64,000 nt of DNA from Blasia pusilla (taxonomy: Eukaryota). Position 1 is the first letter of the stretch, and the number at the start of each line of letters is the position of its first letter. Below, piece by piece: positions 1 to 14,142 of this stretch. A program made the position numbers and the translations under genes. Where the stretch lies: NCBI GenBank assembly GCA_050084515.1, contig CM114271.1:7936001-8000000 (forward strand), read 5' to 3'. Under the pieces are notes generated by a model. It was not told the DNA's origin. It did not search any database and saw nothing but the letters and a program-made list of their open reading frames with translations.

Positions 1-2360
1 TTATACAAACTATCTAATTTGTACCCATCTGAACATGGATCCACAGGATCCTAGATCTTGAACACCTGGAAATTGTGCTCGGGCCGAACGAAGCAGTAAA
101 CGTAGGAGTGGTCCATCTGTAAAGAAGCACATTGGAAACAATGTCAGCAACTTGGCATAATGTGCAACACGTCACCGAAGAAGTCGGCTTGACCCTAGAG
201 AACTTTTTCAATTACTAACTTTGGATCAACCTGTCGGAGTCCGACGGGTTGTTTTGTCCCTGACCAACCCGTCGGAAGGCGACGGGTTGCTGGCCTAGAG
301 CAGCCCATGGTCGTCTAAGAGCAACCCGTCGCTTTCCAACGGGTTGCAGCTTTCCGGAAACACAGGGAAAAACCAAAAGCAACTGCAACCCGTCGGGTTC
401 CGACGGGTTGCAGGTACACCACGGCTTTCCCTGTGTTTCTGGGAAAGATGCAACCCGTCGGAAATTGACGGGTTGCTCTTAGTTGAGCATGGGCTGCTCT
501 AAGCCAACAACCCGTCGCCTTCCGACGGGTTGCTCATGGAGAAAAACAACGGAGATATACTATCTGAAATTTACACGCATTGAGCCTTACCCGAATTTGA
601 AAATATATTTGAGATTGTACTACAGGAATTGAGCCTTACCCGAATCTGACTCGTCGTAGATCGGAGTGGGTACTCGTTTTTTATGATCCACAATTGCGCC
701 GTCCTCCACTTTAGCGACCTCTTGACACATTGGAGGTTGAAGAGCTCGTCCTCGCTCCCTCCAGTCAACACTAAGAAGCAGCCCCTGTCACTCAGATAGG
801 CGTCTGCAAAGGAGAACAATAGCGCGATTTGGTCATAAGAGAGCGGCACATTCCACTCAGGTACCCCGTCCGACGGATTCTCGCCCCACAGTCGCAACCC
901 CGAGGGCAGATCAGCGATCAAGAGATCCACCGCAACCTCTTCGACCACTCCATTCACCGTTCAGGCAGCGTGCCCGTTTCGTTGGAGCTTCCGTCCCAAA
1001 ATTGTCAATTTATCAATAGCTGGTGTCAACGCTTGAGAACTGAAGCTTTTCAGCTCATCCAGTAAAGGAGTGAACTGAAGGAGGACGCTTGTCCGGGTCG
1101 TTGTTTCTCTGTGTCTTCCCAAGGATGATGGACTGTATTCTCCTTGGGACAACACTGGCACCTCTTGCTTCCGCTTTTCCCGAGTCTGCAGACGGCTTGT
1201 CGGGGTCTCTATGACCTCAGACTCTAGTGGGGTTTTTTTCACCAAGGACCTGGTCCGACCCTCTCTCCCCGCTCGCCCGGACGATTCTGCCTCTAGCCTT
1301 GAATCTTCAGCCTCTCTTTGGGAAGACTCGGCCTCGAAATTCTTCCCTCCCCTCGCCTTGCCTTTGAGACCCGTTGTGGATTTGTCTTTGGCTGTGCGGA
1401 CCTTGGAAGCCAACTCAGCTGTCTGGTGGGCTTGCTCTTCTGCATCTCCTCCTCCGAAGTCTTCAAGCTGCACAAAATTGGGGATGTCGTCTTGTCCTGA
1501 GGCCACTGCATCATGAAGCACTCGTAAATCCTTCTCGGTGATGTCTTCAGGGTCGTTGAAGTCAAGCCAAATGGGGCAATTCTCCACCTCCCAATCGGAC
1601 ATGTGTTGCGCCATCTCCATGTCGTACATGGAGAATGTCTCTCCATCAGGTGGCGAAGCCCACAATTTCAAGGCTGTTGGTAATTTTCCCCAGGTACCTG
1701 CATTCTTACAATGGACGAGGTACTTGAAGACCATCCGTTGGGCAACTTTTACTCAAACTGAATCGGCCGTCTGCTCTTGTAGATCTCGCTTCTTCTTTGC
1801 TTGATCCCTTTTGTTCCCATAGATTTCTTCATCAAGCTCTGCCTGAGGGAGGACGCAAACCTTGAACATTGTCTTGAATCCTGGGTTTTTGATTGGCTTG
1901 TCCCGGATGTCGTCGAGGCAAACCTCAAAATCTACAGAATTTTCCAGGTTTGCTTCATCCGGAATGGGCTCTAATCTTTTGAGCTCCGCTTGCAGACCGT
2001 CCAGCAGGGACTTCCCGATAACCCGCAATGCGTCCCAAAACGACCATTCGCGTAGCTAGTGGGAGATCACTGGATCGGACACACCCGGAGGATGGTGTGC
2101 CGCCCTCTTCTGGGCCTCTGTGCCCTCGAGACTGATTTTCATCAGTCGGATCCTCCTAAACTTGCTTATTCCAGACAACGCAAACCGATGCACGCGATCC
2201 AGGGACACTTTCTCCCCAATCCGACCTTGTGGATTTTCATCCCTTTTCCGTTGGCGCTTGATAATCTCCTTCAGCCCCTTGTAAAACTCCGGACCAAGTT
2301 GGGGGTTGAGAATGCTGATGTATCGCTGCATCTTGCTCGTGATGTATTTCGTGGCTGCAG
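1..2360 (-). pseudogene. MULE accessory gene copy 1, 3' part: central region and start of an N6A/N4C MTase-like domain; runs off the window edge
   Basis: ORFs 2056-2406, 1753-2028, 961-1734 and 571-957 align with copy 2 (27850-26116). VDLLIADLPSG (motif IV-like) and GCFLVL are present. Splice donor at 639. In-frame stops. Confidence 0.7.
226..535. repeat. Palindrome cluster (CAACCCGTCGGAnTCCGACGGGTTG family) in an accessory-gene intron
   Basis: e.g. 384-412 tgcaacccgtcgggttccgacgggttgca; about six copies. Confidence 0.95.
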
Positions 2361-2582
2361 ACTCGGGGGTCTCACTTCCACGGAAGAGACCCATCACGTA
2401 CGACAAAGTATAGGGTTTTTAAATTCGATTTTGCGGAAGACTTATAAAGTTTTGTGGAAGAACTTAAGGGTATTTTTAATATATCAAAACGCTTATAATA
2501 AAAATAGAGCATGATTAATTCTTCGTTTGTACATGGAAGCTGTTTAAGAAAGTAAGGGGCAGATAAAAAAATAGGAGACAAA

Positions 2583-3700
2583 ATTTAGGCTTTAGGATTT
2601 TTTTTCCATGTGTGGGTGTTCATTTGAAGTTTTGGTTTTTTCCATGTGTTCGTGGGTTTGGAGTGCCTCTTTGGGAAAAGTTTCATGATTTTTGGAACCA
2701 TGGTTGAGGGGGAGGGGAGAAAAACAGATATCAAGAAGGAAGAGGAGGGCTTCGAGTAGGAATGTTCCAAGTCTTTATTTCATTTTCATGTTCATATTGA
2801 GGTATGTTTGTTTGCAACCATTGGATGGCATTGAAGACCGTTTTTAGGGTTTAAAATTTTTATTTTCATAAGTGGGTATTTATTTGAAGTTTTGACTTTT
2901 TCCCTATGTTCCTAGGCTTGGATTTCCTCTTTGAGAAAAGTTTCATGATTTTTGGAACCCTGGTTGAGGGAGAGGGAAGTAAAAGAGGGGTCAAGAAGGA
3001 AGAGGAGGGCTTTGAGTAGGAATGTTCCAAGTTTTTGTTTCATTTTCATGTTCACATTGAGATCTTTTTTTCAACCATTGGATGGTGTTGACACTTGGAA
3101 AATACCTTGATATTACATCCCTTGCAATCTTCAGTGGTTCAGATCTACGTTTTTGGCTTCCATGCTCAAAAACAAAATATGATACCATTTTTAGGGTTTG
3201 AAATTTTTATTTTCATGTGTGGATGCTCATTTGAAGTTTTGATTTTTTCCATGTGTTCCTGGGCTTGAAATGCCTCTTTGGGATAAGTTTCATGATTTTA
3301 GGAACCCTGGTTGAGGGGAAGGGGAGAAAACGAGGGGTCAAGCGAGGGGTCAAGAAGGAAGAGGAGGGCTACGAGTAGGAATGTTCAAAGTCTTTGTTTC
3401 ATTTTCATGTTAGTATTTAATTCTCTTTTGTTCCAACCATTGGATTGTGTGGAAACTTGGGAGATGCTTTTCAATTAAATTCCTTGCAAACTTCAACGGT
3501 TCAGATGTGCCATTATGGCTCCCATACTTAAACAAAAAGGGAGACGATTTTTAGGGTTTATGACTTTAATCTCCATGTATGGGCGGTCATTTGAAGTCTC
3601 TATGTTCATAGGCTTGGATTGCTTCTTTGAGAAACTTTCTTGGTTTTTTGGGCTTGGATTGATTTTTTGGTTGGAAAAAATTGGATGATTTTTTAATCCC
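2583..3700. repeat. Subterminal tandem repeat, 3-4 units of ~260-360 bp
   Basis: tttagggttt..catttgaagtt..gaggagggc..gagtaggaatgttc recurs at ~2583, 2843, 3190 and (partial) 3550. Confidence 0.85.
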
Positions 3701-6700
3701 TAGCTTATGTGACACGTTGAATTTGATGTGGTAAGGTATGTGGCTTTGGAACATTGGGATTTTTAGGTTATTTTAGTTCAAAATTCCCGCTTTAAAATGT
3801 TAAGTACTCTGCTTTTTTTCTTCCCGACACATCCAAGCCGTAGATCAAACGGATCTATTGTCTCGTTCTAGTCGCATAGTGCGGCCGTGCTTTGGAGCCT
3901 CGTTCGAATCTAGTCTCTCGTTCTAACGTGGGATGCGGCCACGCTTTGGAGCCTTGTTTGGAGCTCTCTTTGCTTAGTGCGGCTGAAATTTCTCACTCTC
4001 TTGTCCTTCAGTTTGGAGATGTGCTTTGCCTTGCGCTGTTGAAATCTCTCTCTCCAGTGTTCCGGTTGCCAATAGAGATTGAAGGTGCTCATTGAATTTT
4101 TTTGCAAGGCAACGGTTTTGCATGAGCGCAGCTCCATACTCTCACCTGGTAAGCTTCAACATTGCTCCCTGCATCAATCTTTTGGGGCCCGCTGATTTTG
4201 ATTTGGAAATGGTGTTGGAGAGTGCTCAACTCACATTTACGTTTCCAATGTTGTCTCTTACGAGAGCTCAAGAGAGCTCTCACGTGAAGTGCCAATCACT
4301 CGAGAGAAGGAGAAGAAACATTCTAGCAGAATCGTTGATGAGGAAGTAAAGCCAAGCTCTGAGATCTGCAACAAACCACGATCAGGTGGGTGTGGCTCGT
4401 ATTCTTGCTCATCGGTTACACTCATGTCTCTATTTTGTTTTGATATGGTCGATTGAGGAGACATTTCTCCGTTGCTTGTGCCATCGTCGCTCATGACAGA
4501 TTCAATGCGTCAAGTCGAATAGATCTAGGTCGGTGTGACACTATACATGCTACTGATGATCTGCTCTGTCCTATTTTTTCCTGCGTCTGTTTTCCACAAA
4601 CCCATGACGCTCGTTTAGGTCTAGCCAGGGCAAACACTTCTCGCAGGCAGATTGGATAGTTCCAGTCATGGGAATTGTATGCATGAACATTACGCAGAGC
4701 GGACTACACACTTCATGTGCACCACATGATCAGATACAAAACAATAGCGCGTAAACAGGCAGAGCCCATGACCCAATCACCATTCGAAATCGACTCTAGC
4801 CTATTCATGAAATTAAAATATTCAGATCACACATGACTTGAGCTGAGCTTATAAAGTTATCTGCTTCAACCAGCTGATCAGCATTGTCCCCCTTCAGAGG
4901 AGCAAGGGTCCCTAATCAAGTCATTCGACACGCTTTCTTTTCTTCATTCAACTCAGCCCTAAATCGACAAAGCTTCCTAAAATGCAGTCTCTGACCTGAA
5001 TTGCAACATTCTCCGACCCCTGTCTCACACACATTTAGTTCCCCGGCTTGCCCAATCGAATCTCGACTATAAGACAATGGGATGTAGTCACAAATGATGG
5101 GAATATGAACACCCACTACCTGTGGATTCTGAAAACTCGAAGACCTACCACAGAGTAATTCTCAGACTCACTAGAACTCACTACCTAGGACTGGGTTGCA
5201 GTCATTGTAAACTTGGTATCACAAAGACAAGTATCCAAACAAGGAAAAGCATGAATGCGCGATTGACGTGGGGAGAGAAACTCACCAGAATATCACAAAA
5301 CAATGACAACTTACATACTCCCTAGACCTTCAACAAGCGGACGATACTGTAGACTCTCTATCTGTTGTAAGGCATGAGAATGCACCCGGATATTTGACAG
5401 AGCAGGCTTCGCTAAAGCTCCTAGACATCTGGGTTTGTGTTTGAAGACTGGGCCGAGGAACATTTCGATCCCACCGACCAACATGGCTGCACCACGTAAC
5501 CCCATCCTCATAAATTTCAGCGATTCCTGGATCTAAAAATTAGTCCAGAGGGTGTCACTCTCTCCAATCCCCCTAAACTTAACCGGACATATCCGTTTCT
5601 TCACCCATAAGTGTAAGTTTTACCAGGTCATCCAAGAATCATCCTCTATCCACAATGATCCTCTTCTTTACACGCAGAGTGCTCCTGCCCCACTGGATTA
5701 CACAAACAGTGATTTTCATGCGGCAATGAGTGCCATCAGAGATGAGCATGCACCAAATTTACCTCAGCTTTGCCTTCCAGCAGAGAGTAGCTCAGACGCT
5801 GTGATGCGCTTACCACCACTCAATCTTCCAGCTGTAAATAACTCGGACGGTGAAATTCGTTCACTAGATGCCCCACTGCTTGCTCTTCCGCTCAAGATCA
5901 CGATACCCGAGTGACAAGTCGAATGGATGAGATTTTCGTTCACAAGAGACCATGTCGGTCTGAGCATCACAATGGATAGTAACCCAATAATCATGTAAGA
6001 TCATAAACTTGTACCCTGTAGGATCTCTGTTCCTATTTTGCCCTAGTAGATACAAATCGTTTTGCAGTTTTGGAACTTCAGGTGAACCAGCTCAGTGGAT
6101 ATGAGCATTCCAGATCACATATTCCCATTTTGAGTGTGACTTTGGAACCAGTCAAAGTATGAAGCACATTTTGCATGACTGTTCACCTTTTGTACAGATT
6201 TCATGCGTAAAGCTTGATGAAGCAAGATTGGTGTCCATCCTCCACTTCATTTATGTGCATGGTCCAACTTAAATTTCTCACTGAGAAAGGAAAGTTGGTT
6301 ACAGGCCGTCTCACATGAAGATGTTTTTCTACTCTGATATTTATGTGTACAACTTGGTAGGTGGGTGACATGAATTTGCACATCTCAACCTTTAGTATTT
6401 TTATCCTCATCTATTTGTTACTGTTTGAAGTTTTACACCATCAGTACCATTCGCTTCGGTAGCTTTGGTGATGCTGCCGCCATGAACGTGCAGACGATCC
6501 GTTAGATGTTTTGAACATCCACGGAAATGTAATTAACATGTCACTGCGCGTAGGAATGGATTAGTGATGGGAAACTGGACCGGTCCTATTTTAGGAGTGT
6601 TGAGATAACTAGGCCGACTTTCACCGTTACTCTGTAGTGTACCACTTGTCCAGCTCGATAAGTGATTTTCCTGATCTGTCAAGATTATCATCAGCTGTTC

Positions 6701-6819
6701 GAAAATCCTATTTGCACCTCAGTTCTGCTCTACTGAGAGAGCAGTGTCCTTACCAGTGTGGCAGCTTTGGGTTTGTGAAGAGAGAGAAAGTATGAATGAA
6801 TGAATGTAGGAGTCATCTG

Positions 6820-7420
6820 TTCATATCCAAGATCATTCAATAAGCTCGTCAACCAGATCACCTCTTGAGCAGCAAGAGAAAGCGCCATGTACTCTGCCTC
6901 AGTTGTAGAGTCTGCTCCAGCTGATCACCCCTCCACTTAACAAGTAGACATATCCACTTGTTGATCTTTTTTCATCAGTATCATCTCCCCAACTTGCATC
7001 TGAGAACCCTTCCAAGATTGGTCCATTTTCTTGATGCATGTATTCCAAGTATGTTCTTGTTGTGCCACGCAAATATCTGAATACTCTCTTCAGACATTTC
7101 CAATGTTCTATTGTAGGTTTTCTGGTGTACCTGGCTAAGACACCAATTGGGTATGCTAAATCTGCTCTGACACCAACCTATGGTCTTTCTACCATGTGGA
7201 AAATCTACAAACTCCCATGTCTCATTTTTCTCTAATGAGACCTTTTCTTCGCCATAGCCTGCTCCCCCTTTGGTTCGAATCATTCATGCTCATAGCCTCA
7301 CTCAAAGAGTTGGGCTCTACAACTCCTTCTTCAATAGCATGAGCTTCATTTATCCCCAACCTTTCTCTGAGTTTGGAAATTTTTCCAGATTTCCTTTGCT
7401 CTAAGATCTCCTTGATCACT
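6820..7420 (-). mobile_element. Ty1/Copia RT-RNase H fragment, internally deleted
   Basis: EPNSLSEAM, KNETWEFVDFPHGRKTIG, HWKCLKRVFRYLRGT, FSDASWGDD..RSTSGY..GGVISW, STTEAEYMAL. Confidence 0.85.
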
Positions 7421-8008
7421 CCCTATGTGGACTCATGTGCTCGAATAACTTGCTTGGCTGCACTTCTAGGTGACCATTTTCAACATGATCTTCCTCTCTT
7501 ACACCTTGGGTGCAAGTATTTGGTAATAGGAATCCTCTATTACACCTTGGGTGCAAGTATCTCTTACACCAAAGACTCTCCGGAGTTGCAAAGTAAATGC
7601 AAATTGTTGAGGTGTCCCATAGAATTGTGCTAGAGATTAGATGAACTTTGGGATTCCTCCGGGAGTGTTTCTTTGATACTCAGTAGATGTAGATTGAAAC
7701 TTCCCTCTAGTCTCAGGCCTTATGTGATGATGAGGCTCAATGGGTGAACAATTCTGGTGTGTTACTAAACGGGGTTTGTGCATATAGGCTAGTGAATGTG
7801 TTGAATAGTTTTGGTGTTACCAAAACTTGTCAGCATAAATCTGATTGCACATGCTGGCATTCTATTTGTGCAGGGCGTATTGAAGGAGACCATAGGGAAG
7901 TGGCTGCCCTATTGGAGGCCATTGGATTTGACAACTAGTGGATTTCTGGTCCTTTTTGCACATCATAGAGAGTCATCGTGGGTGACTATTCTCTACCGTG
8001 GTTAAGAA

Positions 8009-8725
8009 TTGCGTACACACATACACAATGGCGAATGTTCCCCTATTAGATCAATACTCATATGCTTTGAGCATCACCGGATGGATCCCCATCTTCGCTT
8101 TTCTTGTGATGAGGGAGGTGATGTTATATTTTGTGATGGTGCTTGTGGTCGCCATTTTCATTGGATTGGAGGTAGCATGCCCACCAACCCAGATAGTGGC
8201 AAGGGTAAGACGTGCATCCCTGTTGTGCTGCTTAGAAATCACGATTGGAGTGGACCTTGGATATGTGACCTATGTGTTGATGACAGAGCCATTTGTTTCT
8301 CTTGTGGGCTGGTTGGTCGTGTTGTTGGGCATACTGAGTTTGAGACACGACTCATCAAGTGTGCTCACCCGGATTGTTATTCCTTTTATCACCCGGGATG
8401 TGTGAAGACCCGCTTGCTTGTCGGAGGACTCTCGCAGGCTCACCTCGAGGCTCACACAATGCAAAGCCATCTTGTTGCTCCTGATGCACTCATCTGCTCG
8501 CGTCACTATTGTGATGCGTGCAAGATATATCAGGCGGGTATATATGACTTAGTGCAGTGTCGTAGATGCCCCCGTGCTTGGTGTTATGATCAAACCCCAG
8601 GAGGCAAGAGACACCTGCATAAAGGTTGTGATGTTAATGGCATGTGGAATTTTGGTGAGTGGCGACTTGTGTATTGCCGTCGTCATATAATTCCAGAGGG
8701 CCACTCTGTACCTACTTGGGATTAA
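8009..8725 (+). CDS. Tandem PHD-type zinc-finger protein (EDM2/NSD-like), possibly a fragment
   Basis: CDEGGDVIFCDGACGRHFH..WICDLC..CFSCG..IKCAHPDCYSFYHPGCV..CSRHYCDAC..LVQCRRCPRAW. Confidence 0.75.
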   Translation: MRTHIHNGECSPIRSILICFEHHRMDPHLRFSCDEGGDVIFCDGACGRHFHWIGGSMPTNPDSGKGKTCIPVVLLRNHDWSGPWICDLCVDDRAICFSCGLVGRVVGHTEFETRLIKCAHPDCYSFYHPGCVKTRLLVGGLSQAHLEAHTMQSHLVAPDALICSRHYCDACKIYQAGIYDLVQCRRCPRAWCYDQTPGGKRHLHKGCDVNGMWNFGEWRLVYCRRHIIPEGHSVPTWD

Positions 8726-8999
8726 ACCTATATTCGTGTAATTGATGGAAGATCCACTTTAACATCAATTGATTTAGCAAGTTTGGCCACTAGGTTTTGC
8801 GATTTAGGATTGAGGATTTAGAAGAAAATGTTTGCCCCGTGGTGGCTTTAAACGCAATATCTTAAATTAAGGAGGTGACATCAATGTGTATACTCCTATG
8901 GTGTCCAAAATGCTATAACCTCTCACAAAGAATTGCTTTGGATCTGATCTGTGGTGTTGTATTCTCTGTTGTGGTTTGTATAACAGGTTCCTGTGTGTA

Positions 9000-11900
9000 T
9001 CCCCATAGTTTCCAATGTTGACCTGTACTAGAGCTAGTATCAGATTGGTTGAAAAGAGGGGTGAAGGAGAGAATGATGAGCCTATTTGTGTCTTAGGATA
9101 CTTAGATGGGCAGACACTAGCAGATTTGCGTCTGAAATGTTTCTGCAATTGTGGAATTTGATTTTGATTTTTGGGACTTCAGGCTCCCTGGTAGAACGCA
9201 TCGAAATGCAGAGAAGGTAATTCTGCTGATGGAATTGGATGGTATAGTAGGTGTCATTCAACAATTACCTATAGGCCCTTGTGGGAAGACAACGCAAGTG
9301 TCCTCTCAGTCTTCTGCGACCACCGTGGTTCATCAGAGTAAATCAGAGGTGTTCGGCTCTTGTGTCTCGAGAACCATATTGAAATTGAGGCACATCCGGT
9401 GGGTTCAATGGATATCTCAAACCAAGGTTCATTCGGGCCTCGTTTGAGTCAATGTTGATGGCGAGATCCAGCTGCAAAATCTTTGGAATGATGAGTTCAT
9501 CAGATTAGGGAAGTGGGTTGAGAAGAATGGATACAAAGACCACAATTGGAGGGTGAGGACATGGGATGATGGAACAGATGTCAGAGGACACCTAGAGTGT
9601 TTGGAGTGAAGAGTGAACTATGGGAATGCAGAGAATTCCCAAAATGTGAAAGCTATTGCAAATTGCTTTAGCAACTTTAGGACAAAGCATCTAGTTAACC
9701 CGAAACACAAGGATAGTTTTTGTAAGAGAAGAAAATTGCCTACATCATTGATGGAGCCTAGTGATGTTGTTCACAGATCTCATTTTGATCATGGTAAGGC
9801 CATCTCTAGAGGACTAGAGATTGTCTCCCAATTGAATGAGGATGTTGGGGGTGATAGGGAGGTGTTCTTTGTGACACCATCTCCCACAGATCCTCAGTAT
9901 GCCAATATGTCATACCTATTTAAGGTCAGGTGTAGGGTCTGTGGAAAGTTGCATACAGACATGTGCCCAAAGAAACTGAATTTGGATCATAATTTGAGAC
10001 AACACATGGTTAGCCGGGATCACTTGGATGCCTCTGAGGTCAAGGAGGCTTCTGTGGAGATTGCATTGAGGTCTGGGAAGAGAGGAAGACGAAGGAAAGC
10101 AGATACTAGGGATCAACACCCATCACAGGGATCAATCCTCAAGTTCTTTACAGGAGATAAGTCCAATGTTGGGAGCTCTTCAGGGAAAGGTGGGTCAGAT
10201 CCAGCAATAGATCCAAGACTAAGTTTGCTTTGTTGGGGATTGTGGGATGAAATGGTAAAGTGGAGAGGAGATCGGATGGATGTCAAGGTTGTTCTTGATG
10301 ATCAAGAGGGAGGGGCCTTGTGGGATTGTGAGTTAACATGTTGTGTACAGGTTTACAATCCTACTCTAGAGTCTATAGTGACCATTCATGGTTGTTTTAG
10401 ACACAAGCAATGTGAAAGGTTGTCTTACAATGGTGGCGGGTTTATGAACCTAACGTGTAGTAAATGTGAGTTAGTAAAGAGATTGGATGATTTCCGTGGT
10501 CGGGTGCACAGGGAAGCAGAAGCTGTAGTGCCAAGAGGAGCCAGAGATACCAGTGGGGGGATACGGTTGGATTGTCTTACCAAGACCGAGCACAAAAAAC
10601 ACGTTGCAAATTTAACTTCCAAATTCAGAAAGCAACGATGGCTTCTATCACAATATGCTGCCAAAGTAGCTGCCTTGAGTACTAGGCGGAGGAAGCTAGA
10701 GGAATTGTTAGGAGTAGCTACAGATAGGAAGGATCTGAGACTGTTCCTTAGGAATATAGTGAATGGGCATAGGACTTGAGCATTTGGTGGCAAAGAAGGG
10801 TTATGGGATTTCATGACAGATGTTGCTAGAAATCTAACCAGGGCTACCAAGGGTTTTAGGTACAGTAAGAGAACCAAAGCCATAGCCCAAGCAATGCTAC
10901 AATTTGGTGGTAGGCAAGTGGCCCACTGCTTTCAGAAGAACTTAGGTGGTCCAAGTCTAAAAACATTGAAGCGAGATAGAGCCAAGTTACCACCCTTCAG
11001 AGCTGGATTACGCAAAGAGATATTCATGGAGGTTGGCAGAATTTTGTATGCATCAAAGCAAACTCTTGGAATTGAAGGAGATGTCCCTGTAATATTTGTA
11101 GAGGATGAAACAAGGATTAAGGAGAGGCCCAGGTGAGTGTTTGAGATTCAATACAAAAAATTATAAGCCTTTGAGCAATTTTTTCCTTGTGAATACAAGC
11201 TAACATTAAAGAGTCATGGCTGACAGATGGGAGGCCAAGTATGATACCCTGATTGGATTTTGTGGGCCCAAAGAGGCACACCAATGTTCATATGGAATGG
11301 AAGTACTGGTCGGGGAGGGTGATGAGGGCTACCACAAGATTGTAAGTACTTTCCAGGGTTATTGTAAAGGCATGTATGCAAGAGTTGTGATTGTAAATCC
11401 TCTTCATGAATCTATGCCTAAATTGGCCATTTGTGTTACTACCACGTGTAACAAGTTCACTGCAAAGTGGGTGAGACAATAGTGGGTGCAGCTGAAAGAA
11501 ATGTGGGATGAGTATTGTCGGCTTGATGTCGAGCCGTTATTAGGACATGCTAGTGACGGGGATGCTCGTCGTAGAAAACTAATGATGGAGGATTTTAGGG
11601 GTGTTAACTCTACTGCACGTAGGTATAGTGTGGGATGGGAAGGATGGCAATATTCTGTCTCTATTCTTCCTAATGGTGATCTGTATGGCTTTGGAGACCA
11701 AGATGCACCTCACAATGGGAAGAAAGCAATTAATCCATTAGATAGATGCTCAACTACTTGTGTCCTTGGAAATCAACATGCATCTTTGTCATATATGACA
11801 AATGTCTATAACCACTACAAAATTCACGAGCATGGCTTGAAGTGGGATGATGTGAATAGGACTGATAGGCAAAATTGGGCTGGGCCTCAACGAATTGCTT

Positions 11901-13703
11901 CAAAGAGAGTGCAAGCTTGTTTGCAGGATATGTTTGAGAGAATGGATGTTCGCCATGACAGAAGCCTAGGGACCCAACTATACTTGGAGGTTTTTGGTAA
12001 TTACATTGATATTTTCTTCTCACGTAAGCATGACTTGAGGAGTCGTGCAGTTTTGGCATCTAAAGTGTTGTGGTTCTTTCGACTCTGGAGACTTTGGCTG
12101 AGACATGGTGATCATTCTGTGACAGGGAGTATAGGATCTATGACAGAGAAGAACATGATATCAGTGCAAGCTTTCCATGATATCAACATGTCTTGCCATT
12201 TTATTGTATTACTAATGTGTGCTTTCCGTGACAAGTATCCATACTTGCAAGTTCCATTTCACCTCCTAGGATCTGATTGTTGTGAGATCTTCTTCAACAA
12301 GGTAGGTGGAATGAGTGGCCATGAACGGAACTATGATTTTGGGTCTTTGTTGGATAGTGCAGTGGGGTTGAATAGACTGGCTGGCTTGGAATTTGGACCA
12401 GAAGGATTAAAGATTGGCCGGTCTCATCCAAAGCAAGATCACGTGTGGGAAACTCTCCATCCGTTAGGTATAGGAGAAGATGCTCCTAATCTGTTTGACT
12501 ATTCATTAATTCAGACTAATGAGATGGTAGTTCATGCCCTTAAAGACGGTTTGGATGAAGCAAAATCAATATTGAGCAGGTTAAGTATGTCTCCTAGGTC
12601 CTCTTTGCCTACAGGTCAGAGGCGATGGTGGTTGCATCCACAAGATGTGGAGGCAGAGACGTGGCTTTGATTCTCTTTATTATAAATGAGGTAGTTGCAT
12701 GTGATGACTCTGAGGATTTCGTTGAACATAGACCAACAGTAGGTCCTTGCCCACCCGAGGAGTCTAGAGTTGATGAAACAGAAATTGATAACCCAATGCA
12801 GAGGGATTTCAATAGTCTTGATGCTTGGGAAAGTGATGCACCAACCTCTCTTGAGTTTAGAGTGATTGGTGAGGACTTGGCTGAGGATGCAGATAACAAT
12901 CCATCCATAGAGACAAAAATATTGGGACATGAGGTAAGGCATGTATTCAGTTCAATTCTGCAGGAGTGCACAGATGGAGTTCCTTGTCAAATTGTGCCTA
13001 CTGTGACATTTGAAGGCAAAATATACTACAAGTCCACTTTGGTGAGTGATTGGGCCTGCAATCCTTTCATTTCTAAAGATAGGCTAACACGGATGTCACA
13101 GAAAATATATTACACCACAGGTAAGGTAAAAGAACCAAGTAATCTAGATTGCCCAACTTGTTATGTTGACATTGGAAGTGATGTAGCTATTTTGTTTGAG
13201 TCTACTACACAAGTTGGACCTTCTACTAGATCAAGTAAGTCAAAGAAGAGAAAAAAAAAAAGACTTGGATGAGAACAGAATAGTCCCTAGAAAAGAGTTT
13301 TGGTTAGGTCGCATTCTATTCATCAAACAAAAATACGGTAGTCAATGGGGTAGATGTAGATCTCCTATTGATCTTTTGGACCGACCTGTCCCAAAAGATG
13401 GACAGACAGCGATGTTGTTTGTCGATATTGTGCAATTGGTATCAAGCAGGTAAGAGCAACACCTTGTTCACATATGATGCATGTGATGGCCAATATATAG
13501 ACATTGAAATGGTAATTTCAAATGTGAGCTTGTCCATGAAACCAAGTCTTACATCCAGGATATATGAATTGGATAATAGTGATTTACGAGTGATCAATGA
13601 TTACATCCGCAGCGTGTCGTCTTTTGCCAAGTTATGTGCATGTTATAGTGTGAAGTCATTTTCTGAGTTTATGATAGGCTTGTTTTGGGAGGGGATAGAT
13701 TAG
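9000..13703 (+). pseudogene. P-element/THAP9-like DDE transposase
   Basis: Zn-finger CRVC..HMVSRDH; FVEDET, GHASDGD, DQDAPHNGKKAINPL (DxxH), DRQNW and GSDCCEIFF occur in P-transposase order. GT-AG intron 11133-11226. Stops at 10777 and 11480. Start position approximate. Confidence 0.7.
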
Positions 13704-14142
13704 GGGGATGACGGCGTGACCATATGAGCATCCTGCCCATACAGAGGTTCAATTCCTCTCCGTCATAGGTGTCATAGTAATGGGGAAAGTGGAAGTTGCA
13801 CTAAATATTGATACAATGGAAACATGCAGATAATTCCACCTTACATATCATACTATGTTTGGCAGTGGCTTGGGTATTGCTGAAAGCTTTTGATAGCCTA
13901 TTATCAAGTGCAAAATACAAGACCGCCGCGCGAAGGGTACTTATCTTTACTTTCAAGCCCCTAAACAAATCAAGGACACAAATTTACTTAACAAAATATA
14001 GGGGTCATAATTTTAAAAAAATTGCGATTTTAAAGTAAGTAAGGGGGAGGGAAAAAAAAAATTTCACTTATAAGTTAGGGGTTTCCGACCCCAAAACGTC
14101 GTAGGTGATGTAGGAGGTATACATAGAGTGTCCCCCAGAGGT

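Noticed and set aside
2843-3560. Telomeric TTTAGGG repeats
   Set aside because: Only single copies, one per tandem-repeat unit; not an array.
2410-14097. Helentron/Replitron-like insertion (T-run junctions, terminal hairpin)
   Set aside because: No HUH or helicase motifs; comparison with copy 2 places the junctions ~45 bp further out, at inverted repeats; the encoded enzyme is DDE-like.
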